Assembly: GCA_051530055.1 (NCBI GenBank)
Contig: CM121341.1
Location: 13,556,784-13,620,783, forward strand
Source: Neoechinorhynchus agilis
Lineage: Eukaryota; Animalia; Acanthocephala
Length of the DNA stretch: 64,000 nucleotides
Reading direction: 5' to 3'
The notes under the pieces are model-generated. The model was not told the DNA's origin. It did not search any database and was given only the letters and a program-made list of their open reading frames with translations. Each line of letters begins with the position of its first letter. The first letter of the stretch is position 1. Of the stretch, positions 1 to 9,875 are shown piece after piece. The translations under genes were made by a program, and so were the position numbers.

Positions 1-1
1 A

Positions 2-1075
2 CGAGGGAGACCACCAAAAAAAGTGGTGGCACGTGGACCTGCTAGTGGAGAAGTGGGCGACAAACTTTTGGGTACATTGGAGGCTGAAGAACATCAATTG
101 GACGATGACGTTAATCAGCATACAGTTATCAAAAAAAGGCGAGGAAGGCCACCTAAAAATTGTGGTGAACTGATATCGGAAAGAGATACCCGGAAATTGA
201 ATGCGAATATTGGTAACGATTTGGGAGGAGCCATGATCAAATTAGATAAGCTCAAACGAGGGCGACCGCCTAAGAGGTATCTAGAGCCGAATAACGAATC
301 AAATCCTTTGGAGAATAATGATGTGAGCATTTCCTTAAAGAGAGGACGTGGACGGCCTCCTAAGAAAACAACTGCGCCTGTGGTTGGTTCTGATTTGTCT
401 TCTACGCAGAAGAGCGACCTAGTGGACAATGAATTAAAAGTTGAGATGACTGAACAGCACATCGATTCTGATGCTGTTAAAAATGCTTTAACGAAAAGGA
501 AGCGTGGGCGTCCTCCGAAAAGGAGCATATCCGCAAGTGCTCAAGTCCAACTTGGAGATGATGCCAAGGAAAAGCAAGGCTTAGAACTCAATGCTCCCTT
601 AAAGATTACACCCGGTCTATCACTTAAAAAGGAATTAATGGAGGAGACTGTAGCTAATGAATTGGCTGTCGATATGAGTGCTCCTGATGTTTATCCTGAA
701 GATTTTAAAAAGGGAGCTAGTGACGATTTGTGTATAAGATCCGATGTTTCAATAAAGAAGAGACGCGGTCAACCTCCAAAGAACGTACAAAACTCGAATG
801 ACGACGAAGTATCTTCGGTGCCGGAGCTGAGTGATAAGCACGCTTTAAATCAGGATGCTGACAAAAATGATCGAAATATTATTGAAGTCGAGCATTCGAT
901 CAGATCGTTGGCGACAGGAATAACACTTGATGCTTCACCTCAAAATGTTTGCGGAAATCAAGATATCGCAAACAGTCCGGTGCATCAAATGGGAAATGAG
1001 CAAGAATGCGTGATTTTAAGACCTAAGTTAATGATGAAGAAAGGAGCTGAGATGAGCAACAGTGGTCGTCACTAA
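2..1075 (+). CDS. Multi-AT-hook DNA-binding protein, 5' end outside the window
   Basis: Frame is open from base 2 (CGA GGG AGA CCA CCA AAA AAA = RGRPPKK). Five canonical RGRPPK hooks plus one degenerate RGQPPK, separated by acidic low-complexity linkers; stop TAA at 1073-1075. Confidence 0.8.
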   Translation, partial: RGRPPKKVVARGPASGEVGDKLLGTLEAEEHQLDDDVNQHTVIKKRRGRPPKNCGELISERDTRKLNANIGNDLGGAMIKLDKLKRGRPPKRYLEPNNESNPLENNDVSISLKRGRGRPPKKTTAPVVGSDLSSTQKSDLVDNELKVEMTEQHIDSDAVKNALTKRKRGRPPKRSISASAQVQLGDDAKEKQGLELNAPLKITPGLSLKKELMEETVANELAVDMSAPDVYPEDFKKGASDDLCIRSDVSIKKRRGQPPKNVQNSNDDEVSSVPELSDKHALNQDADKNDRNIIEVEHSIRSLATGITLDASPQNVCGNQDIANSPVHQMGNEQECVILRPKLMMKKGAEMSNSGRH

Positions 1076-1617
1076 TCAATAATTAATATCGATTTGCATC
1101 AGTATTTTTGGAGTTGAGCCTTTTATTAGGCTCTGATGTTTCTTTGGTATTAATAAAATACTATTTTGCATAGGTGCGCAACGGTCCATTTGTCCAAAGA
1201 GCGAAGTCTCCTTACGCATTCTGTTCATATTTATTTCCTAAGATCCCTGAGATATTTAAACAAATGTAAAATATAAAGACCCAAGATTAAAAAATCCTGA
1301 TAAATTTATACACGGATATCTTTTATGCCTGAATCAGTTCCAGGCAAGCCAAGTAGAATGTTATTGGCACTTTGCATTATATTCTTGTTCTTAATTTTTT
1401 GGGTTTAATGGTAAATGCGATAATAAGTAGATTTTTTCTAAGGTTAAAGTAGAAATTTTCGTACAAAATTCAAATCTTAAAGTAAAAAATAGTTTTCAGG
1501 CGCTAATTTCGCCATTCTTAGTCTACACAAAATAATTCCTATAAAAAATTTAAGGATGCGAATCATTACAGAGGAGTTATTTCTCTTCCATCTTTATATC
1601 ATATTTTCGACAGACTT

Positions 1618-2478
1618 TTAACGTCCATCGTATCTTCGTTTTGGCCACCTCCCTTCATCCATATTAATGGCATCCGTGGATTCATCTGGCAGCGCTGGAG
1701 TGCACCCATTCGATGTTGGTATTATTGGAATAGTGTCAACTTGCCCTTGATAATCGATCGATTGGACAAATGAATCTACAGGAACTGAATTCGTAATCGG
1801 TGAAGAGTAGTAGCAAATCTGCTCCGGTTGTGTACTCCAATCGATAAATTGCCGTTCTGAAATTTGACTGTCGTCGTACCATTCACTGGATTGCATAAAT
1901 GCAGCGCTGGACGCAATGGGATATTGTTGGCATCGTGCTATTTGATAGCCAGGCCAAAAGTAATCATCTATGAATTGTTCCTGTGGATACTGTGAACCTT
2001 GAAGCATTGGCTCATTCGAATGTGTTTGCTGCTGATCATAAAGCTGCTCAGAATTAAAATTTGATTCATTCCGTACTTTTCTTCTTGGGTCGTAACCAAT
2101 AGCCGGCTCGAATTGCTTTGGATTTATTTCCCAAAAACTACTTCGTCCCTCTTTGTTCGGCACTTTCAGAAATGTTTCACCGATGGACAAATTATGGCGT
2201 ACACAGTTCTATTTTTCCCAGTAAATCAAAAATTTATTACGATTTTTTCTTACCTGCCATCCTCTCCGTTCCTCTTCCCCTGACCGCTGTCGGAAATATT
2301 CGACGTTGTCAATGAACCACTGGTAGATTTGTAGTAATGTTAACCGCTTTTCTGGACTGCTCTGTATCGCTTTGGCGATCAAATCCGCATAGGAACCTTC
2401 ACCCCATGCATTAGCTCTCGAGTATGAACGCCTTTTGCAAAGTATTCGTCTTAGTTCACATGTCGGTTGCTCGGGCAT
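1618..2478 (-). CDS. FoxO: FoxO-like forkhead transcription factor, paralogue A; exons 2478-2254 and 2208-1618
   Basis: FoxO-type NAWG..SYADLI..AIQSSPEKRLTL.QIY.W. A 45-nt GT-AG intron (2253-2209) joins GWQ to NCVRHNLSIGETFLKVPNKEGRSSFWEINP, at the intron position conserved in FoxO genes (WK|NSIRH). An upstream exon is possible because an AG precedes the ATG. Confidence 0.85.
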
Positions 2479-3322
2479 ATCTAAAAAACAAAATATAAAA
2501 CTAGAATTTAAAACGATGTATAAATTAGACAGTTTTAGGATTTCTAATTGCCAAGCAGGAAATATTTGCGATTTATTGCGAAAACTTCATCATTTTAGGA
2601 TTTATAACGTATTGAAGTATTTTGTATCATGACGGAAGGCTTTTTCACAATTTCTATATCAATAAACAAGATTCCAATTTGCACGTGCCTACGATCCTTT
2701 AAAATTTTCGTGTTTTCGAAACTGTTTGCTACATAACACGGTCAAGTATTTCCGATGTATTAATGCGCAGTTTATTAACCTATAATTAAAAATGAATAAT
2801 CATCATTAATTGCCGAGTTGTATCATATTTAGTGAATTACGCAATAAAAAGCAAATGTGCCGCTTTCGTCTTCTTATTGGCTAGCGGTCAATTAATCTGC
2901 CGCGCAGAATAGACGATCAAATATGATAAGTTTTCTGCAAGAGCTTTTTCCTATCTCTTTTTAGGGTGCAACACGAAAGCAAACATATTGTATAAGTGCG
3001 CTCTCACGTTTCCCAGCAGATTAATTGATCCATATTCCGAATAGTTTCGAGATTCTAATTGTTAAGAATTGTTATATTCGTCATAGATAAGCTAGTATTT
3101 TCTTATTAAAACACTTTTTATTTTAAAATTCACCAAGCAAAAGTTTTGAATTTTATTTTAAATGATTCTCAGACAACTTTATTTCTTTGTTATAATTTAG
3201 AAGTTGATGCCAGGAGTTTTGTGATATAAATGACGTTGATAAAGCGAGACTGCTTTTCAAGTTAGTAAGAGATACCAATCTAAGAAGCCTTGGCTAAAAT
3301 CTTTTGTAAATATAATCTGGAA

Positions 3323-3853
3323 TTCAGGTAATTACATATCTTCCTCGGATTTTGGCATGAGGCCACGGCATGAAGCCACACCGATCTCTTACAGCAGAAA
3401 AGTGATTGTATTACTTAGACTATGATGCATACGGCATACGAGTTTTTACATCCCTCCGGATTCTCAAATACCTCCAGGATGCGGGGATCATCAGTGATTG
3501 GCGGTAACGGATTCGAACATGTTGACCCTAACTGAGATCTGGAGCATTAGTCCTCTTGACCACCTCGACACAACTGCGGAATGTACAAACCCGCCCAGTA
3601 CTAATACTTCGGGTGAGTATTTTTAATTCTAAAATGATACTGACTAGTCGGGTATTTTTGATTCAGGTTACTGCATCCCTTCCTCGGCTTTTGGCATAGG
3701 GTCACGGCATGAAGCCACCGATCTCTTACATGTGATTCTATTACTTCTCTGATGTAAGAGATCGGTGTGGCTTCATGCCGTGGCCTTGTGCCAAAAGCCG
3801 AAGAAGGGATGTAATAAACTGAATCAAAAATACCCGACTTGCCAGTAACATTT
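3323..3853. repeat. Composite foldback repeat: about 100-bp inverted arms (3631-3731 and 3752-3853) plus a third partial arm near 3323-3395
   Basis: GGCATGAAGCCAC(A)CCGATCTCTTACA occurs twice forward and once inverted. The arm core AGATCGGTG(T)GGCT...GTGCC is shared with the repeats at 38.9, 48.0 and 58.2 kb. Confidence 0.8.
3499..3577 (-). pseudogene. Degenerate tRNA-like segment (Pol III A and B boxes) inside the repeat; SINE-type head
   Basis: Minus strand reads GCAGTTG-TGTCGAGGTGGTCAAG (A-box-like) ... GTTCGAATCC (B box) ... CGCCA. No clean anticodon arm. The 3' part is homologous to 39063-39111. Confidence 0.6.
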
Positions 3854-4409
3854 AAGGATAATCTGCAATTGTTAAAAATTAATTTCCTTCGCTGTTCATG
3901 TTTACCATGAAGAAAATGCAAATTTGATTTTAGACGAAACTCTGCAAAAACTGATGCAAGATTTGTGTCAAACATTGACTGCACCAAAAGGTTTTGGAAA
4001 TGAACGAAATTGATAATGCACATATGCATTTTTCAACGAATTCCTTTCAAAAATGCGACCCCCGAATAGTCTAAGCAACCGAATTCAAGATTTCTTTTAT
4101 ATGAAAAAGTAAACAACTCATTAAAGAAACACGAAATGGATGCTGAGAATACTTTTATAGCGATCTCTCAAATCAACAAGTCTTTCAAAATAGCTGATAA
4201 ATTAAAAACTCAAACACGCGCGAGAACGTTTGCCATAAAACTTTTTGGGCTTGTTTTCTTGATCCTAAATGTCCGTTTTAGCCTGAATAACAAGCTCATG
4301 CAACTCGAATTGAATTCGGTTTCCTTTAGCAATTACTCCGTATATTTGACGAACTTTGCTTTTCCTTGATGAAACGTCAACCTAAGAAAATTTGATCATT
4401 GTGCTTACA

Positions 4410-4967
4410 TTAAGATTTAAAAATTACTCTGCAAATGAGAGTCGATTTCCTAATGAAGTATTCAATAGGCTTTATAAGAACACAAATGTCGAAACATCTA
4501 CTTAACCGAGAAACGGTTAGATGAGTATCCATGGATGTTTGCCACCCGATAATCAGACCGATGCCTTCAACGCGTTTCAGCCAATCGATCACCCGCAAAT
4601 ACAAATCAGATGTGCGAATTCCAATTGCACTGAACAATGCCATATTGTCTACTAAATACAGAGAAGTTTCGTGAGCATCATCCTTTCTAATTTCCTCGTC
4701 GAATTCGTCAATCTCTTCAAAAAGCGAGAGATTGCAGAGCCGCAAAACGTTCAACTTTGTCAACAATCGTCGGTAGAATTGATTGGAATGCTGAAGGCAC
4801 AAGAGTTTCACTTTTGTTTCCTGTTTTATCAGAAGGGATGCTATTATTATTACGGTGCGGCATGTATCCGCCGCTCCAGAAGTAACCAGAGTAGCCCTCG
4901 CTGTTTCATCGAGGCCTCTGAACAGTCGAATGAAATCCACATTCGAGTTCAATGAAGGATGAATCAT
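4410..4967 (-). CDS. Possible Elongator subunit 6-like protein; 3' end probably spliced further
   Basis: ORF of about 185 aa from the ATG at 4967. LLCLQHSNQFYRRLLTKLNV resembles the ELP6 segment VSF.QSF.HY....KLG, and LYLVDNM and FDICVLIKPI fit a RecA-like strand pattern. Similarity is weak and recalled from memory. Confidence 0.45.
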   Translation of the reverse strand: MIHPSLNSNVDFIRLFRGLDETARATLVTSGAADTCRTVIIIASLLIKQETKVKLLCLQHSNQFYRRLLTKLNVLRLCNLSLFEEIDEFDEEIRKDDAHETSLYLVDNMALFSAIGIRTSDLYLRVIDWLKRVEGIGLIIGWQTSMDTHLTVSRLSRCFDICVLIKPIEYFIRKSTLICRVIFKS

Positions 4968-5080
4968 CTTGTGTGGCGATAGTCGACAATTCTCGCGAAG
5001 AGACAATCTTAATAGTTCGAAAGAAGTGCAACAGCGGACTTTCAATAGCGATTGTTGACGCATTCAAAAGACTTATCGTT

Positions 5081-5254
5081 TTGGAATTATTGCTTAGGTC
5101 TACACCCGGTAAATGATTATTTACTAAAGACGTTCTGCGAGCCTCGTCGGTTTCATCATCATCAGTTTGTTTGTTAGATGGACCCGACGAGGTTCGCAGA
5201 ACGTCTTTAATAAAAAAATCATTTACCGGGTGTAGACCTAAGCAATAATTCCAA
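5081..5254. mobile_element. 174-bp foldback (MITE-like) element, family 2
   Basis: Arms of about 70 bp, TTGGAATTATTGCTTAGGTCTACACCCGGTAAATGA...CCTCGTCGG and its reverse complement, with a loop of about 33 nt. A second copy lies at 40733-40841, and homology extends about 40 bp beyond one arm. Confidence 0.85.
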
Positions 5255-5477
5255 TCATATTTCCCGGTACCTCACGTATCGACACCTATCGTTTTAAATT
5301 GAATTTATTAAAGCATGAAAGTGGTTTCTGTGTTTTCATTTGCAAGGGGAAAATATCGCTTATTGAAGACTATTTCAAAATCGTGAAAAATCAGCTGAAC
5401 AGTCGAGGAAAAATAACGAACGATGCGTAAATTTGCGCCGTTGAATTCCCAAATTTTTGAAAAATTTTGGTGGCTTG

Positions 5478-5550
5478 CGCCCGATGTGGGGCTCGAACCC
5501 ACGACCTTGGGATTAAAAGTCCCACGCTCTACCGATTGAGCTAACCGGGC
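5478..5550 (-). tRNA. tRNA-Lys(UUU): tRNA-Lys, anticodon UUU
   Basis: GCCCGGTTAGCTCAATCGGTAGAGCGTGGGA-CTTTTAA-TCCCAAGGTCGTGGGTTCGAGCCCCACATCGGGCG: 73-nt cloverleaf, anticodon stem TGGGA/TCCCA, downstream T-run terminator. Confidence 0.97.
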
Positions 5551-6942
5551 TGCGGAATGTTGTCGATCTTATGAATTAGGAAATACTACTTCACGTTGTT
5601 GTTAGAAAGCTCTACTTAAAATATTGTTATTTTCAAGTGAGTGTTATAATTTAATCCTAAATAGGACTTTTTCAAATGATAAATTATGAACTAAGCATTG
5701 CATTCATACAGATCGTTGGCACTTTTAAAGGCGAAACTAAATCCAAGTTTCAGTCTTCAATTAGCAATACATCGGAATTTGATTAATTTAAAAAATCTCA
5801 TATCATTCATGAGTGGCCGTTATTCGCATGTATATCAATGAAAAATTTTCAATATTTTTTTCATCGCAGCTCATAAAGAAGTAAAAATACTTTTAGGATT
5901 AGCTTATTTTCTTTTATAGAAAGAATCTTACGTAAAATCGCAATTAAAAGAACAAAAATTTAAAATAGGACAAAAAAATTTATTATTATAATTTAGCAAA
6001 CAAAAATACGGTCAAAATAAATTACAAAAGAAAGATTTCGAACAGTGGTAATATTTTCGGAATATAAATTTTTGTTTTTATTTCTGCAACGAATAGGAGC
6101 AAACATTTTCATTCTACCAAAAAAATACATAATCGAATTGGAAATTTCAAAATTATTTTTATGAAAACTATCACAATTAAAAAAATTAATTAAGCAAAAC
6201 CATAGCGTTAACAACTATTATTAACCGGGGAATTTAAATTAAATTAGAAGATCCAATATGCATTGTCCCATTTTAAGTATTAGCTAAAAATGAAATCAAT
6301 TGAAAAAAGAAAAAGTGCATTTTGTAATTTTTCAAACCTTTAACTGCGATATTTTGCGGACGGTGGTAATTGCGCGTTTTGTGCTTTATTATTGTAAAAC
6401 CCTAACAAAAATTTCGATTAAAAAAATATATTTAATGAAAAACGTACAAGGCTTCGATCACATTATACAACGACAATCAAAAGGATGAAATCAATGGAAA
6501 GTTTTTTCAATTATAAATTATATTGCAAGTCAGCATACGGCATTGAATTTGTGATCTCGATTAACCATGATCAATATAAAATCGCGGATGGTACAGCTGT
6601 ATTCTATTATCATTCACTTTCATCTTTATTGCTTCGAAACAACGCTTGTTTTAATTGGTCGCTTGCTCATTAACTCCTCAAAATCACCTTGATGAGAATC
6701 TCATGCTCGCTTTGTGATCAATCCAAGGCAAAAGGCACTCACCTATAATTTTCCAGTTCAGCGTAACAGATTGATAAGCAAAACGCTATTTACGAATGCA
6801 ATTGGATTAAAAAATATTTACCATTTACGAAGCGAATGAGGAACTCATCATTTTTATGAGATAATAAGAATATTACTAGAATACCTCTTAATGGTCAGAA
6901 ACGTTCAGTTGTGTACAATACGTTCGGTTATTTTTTACTGCA

Positions 6943-9238
6943 ATGCAGCCATTTCAACGACCTCCCTTAAAAAGAATAATATGCAAAAGGCCAACGTACA
7001 AGAGAATGAACGCCTGGGGTCCGGGGACATATGCTGACATGATTGCACAAGCAATTCAGAGCAGTAGGGACCAACGACTAACGTTAAGCGAAATATATGA
7101 GTGGATTGGTACCAATGTTGATTATTTTAGGCAGCGTTCAGGAGAAAAAGAGCGTGAAGGCTGGCAGGTAAGGCGTTTTCACAAATTGAAATCTTGTAAC
7201 AATTTTTCTTCGAGTCTAGAACTCAATTCGACATAATCTTTCGATCGGCAATACCTTCTTAAAGATAGCAAATAAAAACGGTAAAGGCAGTCATTGGATC
7301 CTGAATCCAGAGCGATTTGAGCTCGATATAGGCGCTCATCAAGAAAAAAGACCGCGCTTGGCAAGTAATGAGCCGAATGTTCAAAACAACACAAGTAACA
7401 ATCATGGAGTCTGTAGTGCACATGCAAATAGATATCAACAAGGACAATTCGTTAATCCTGTTCAAATTACTGGAAGCTTCCAGCAACCATGCAACCAAGC
7501 CAATCAACAAGCTATCGGAGACCCAGCACAGAACTGTCCTAATCCACTAACAACATATTTGTCCATGCAAAGCAATCGAGAACAATGCACATCTATACAA
7601 CAAGCCGGATATTATCAAGGATTAATGCAACCTCCCCAGCAAACGCCTCCGTTAAATAACCCCGTTCAGAATAGTGGATATTATCGACAAACGATGCAAT
7701 TAACAAGAATTCCAAATCCAGCAATGCAATACACGCTCAGGCATCCTGCTGATTGGAACCAGATAATGGCGCAACCAGTTTTGGGAATGCCAAATAATAC
7801 ACAAATTGGTGGCTACCAACAAAATATGCAACAGGCTCAGGTTCCAGCAACGTGGAACAATCCGATGCAATATACGAATATGCTACCGAACATGTCTAAC
7901 CTGCAAACATTACAACCTGTAAACAATTTTACACCACTTTATAATACGATGGAGATTTCGAATAACCAACAAATTATGCAGAGTGATCCACAAGTTAATT
8001 CAAGTGCGTATAGTATGATATCTCAACCAATAGCACGAAACGCTCAAAATATGACGATGGAAAATTTGGCAACATTTCCATATATGGAACAAACGACATA
8101 TAATCAGCCCTTGAATAATCCACCAATGTTTGGAGGCGGACAAAATGAACATGAAATTGAACCTAATGAGCAAGCTCAGAATATGGCAATGGGATATTCT
8201 GTCACATTTCCATACATGGAACAAACGACATACAATGAGCAGATGAATAATCTACCAATGTTTGCAAACGGGCGAAATGAAGTTGAGATTGAACCTAATC
8301 AACATGCTCAACACATGACGGTATTAAATTCTGCCACATTTCCTTATATTGAGCAAACTATATACAATCAACCCTTGAACAACCAACCAATGTTTGAAAG
8401 CGGACAAAATGAACATGAGATTGAACCTAATGAAGGAGATCAAAATATAACGATGGGAAATTCGGCCACATTTCCTTATATAGAACAAACTACATATAAT
8501 CAGTCCTTGAATAATCCATCAATGTTTGGGAGCGGACAAAATGAACATGAGATTGAGCCTAATAGGCAAGCTCAAAATATGACGATGGGAAATTCGGCCA
8601 CATTTCCATATATGGAACAAACGACATACAATGAGCAGATGAATAATCTACCAATGTTTGAAAACGGGCGAAATGAACCTGAGATTGAGCCTTATGAGCA
8701 AGCTCAAAATATGACGATAGGAAATTCGGCCACATTTTCTTATATTGAGCAAACTATATACAATCAACCCTTGAACAACCAACCAATGTTTGAAAGCGGA
8801 CAAAATGAACATGAGATTGAACCTAATGAAGGAGATCAAAATATAACGATGGGAAATTCGGCCACATTTCCTTATATAGAACAAACTACATATAATCAGC
8901 CCTTGAATAATCCATCAATGTTTGGGAGCGGACAAAATGAACATGAGATTGAGCCTAATAGGCAAGCTCAAAATATGACGATGGGAAATTCGGCCACATT
9001 TCCATATATGGAACATACGAGAACGCAGATGCTTACTTCATCAATGCGAGGAAATGTGCGAAATGAACATGAGATTGAACTTATTGAACAATCTCAAATG
9101 TCTCAGCCAATTAGCGACAGTTCTTTGGAAACAGATTCTGTTGATGATGATAAAGGTTCTGAATTAACTGAAGATGGAGACTCATATGAACGATCAATCG
9201 ATACTGTGGAATCTTCTGGTACAGATTGTGGAACGTGA
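6943..9238 (+). CDS. FoxO: FoxO-like forkhead transcription factor, paralogue B, with a long Q/N/M/P-rich repeat tail; exons 6943-7167 and 7220-9238 (alternative end at 9312 via a 50-nt intron)
   Basis: NAWGPGTYADMIAQAIQSSRDQRLTLSEIYEW. A 52-nt GT-AG intron (7168-7219) gives GWQ|NSIRHNLSIGNTFLKIANKNGKGSHWILNPE, in frame with the 626-aa ORF that starts at 7358. Confidence 0.85.
8042..9015 (+). repeat. In-frame coding tandem repeat, 132 bp (44 aa), about 7.3 units
   Basis: ACATTTCC recurs at 8072 and 8204, a 132-bp period. Unit consensus MGNSATFPYMEQTTYNQPLNNxPMFxxGQNEHEIEPNxQAQNMT. Confidence 0.95.
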
Positions 9239-9714
9239 CAAAACACATCGCTCGAATCGCGCTTACAGAATTCACATTATCCAAACGAACCCGTAAGAGA
9301 TTGCGCTACTGATCATACAGTGCAATTCAGATCGCATGAACAGCACATTGGACCGGATGTGGATATTCATCAAACACAATCAGATGCGAATAATTTTCCG
9401 CGATCATTACAAGTGGGATCGATACAACAAGAAATGGAAGAGTCAACAGCACACCAACAACACAAACACGAACAACAACAATTTCATAATCAAAAAGGTG
9501 ATTACCGTGAAATATTTTCCGGTAGGATGACCTCACCGCGTAATATAATTTTCCCAGACTATAAAGATTACTAAATTATTCGACCCATTTAAAATTCGAA
9601 AACTGAAATCAGTGCTATGCTTCGAGAAAGTGTTTCTGATAAGTTGTTCAAAATTTTGATATAATAAAGCAATTTAAATTTTTTATTGCCGAAATAAAAT
9701 CTATTCGCTCTTCA

Positions 9715-9875
9715 GTCGAACCGCGCCGCCATCTCAACTCTCTTTATCAATGGCCAGTAATGGAGCATTCCTTGGGGAAATCTTCAGCTTTCGAGATTGA
9801 ATAACGACGACGTTCCCAAGGAATGCTCATTTACTGGCATTGATAAAGAGAGTTGAGATGGCGGCGCGGTTCGAC
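9715..9875. repeat. 161-bp near-perfect inverted repeat (foldback or MITE-like)
   Basis: GTCGAACCGCGCCGCCATCTCAACTCTCTTTATCAATG...CATTCCTTGGG is mirrored by CCCAAGGAATG...CATTGATAAAGAGAGTTGAGATGGCGGCGCGGTTCGAC; arms about 64 bp. Confidence 0.9.

Noticed and set aside
115-528. Minus-strand 137-aa ORF with repeated LGGRPR
   Set aside because: It is the antisense shadow of the AT-hook codons.
3499-3577. Functional tRNA-Ser, tRNA-Leu or tRNA-Sec gene
   Set aside because: The acceptor and anticodon stems do not pair, and the sequence belongs to a dispersed repeat.
3601-4029. 142-aa minus-strand ORF
   Set aside because: It runs through the foldback repeat and has no protein-like features.
7980-9015. 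CRISPR-like array
   Set aside because: The units are contiguous in-frame coding repeats without unique spacers, inside a eukaryotic gene.
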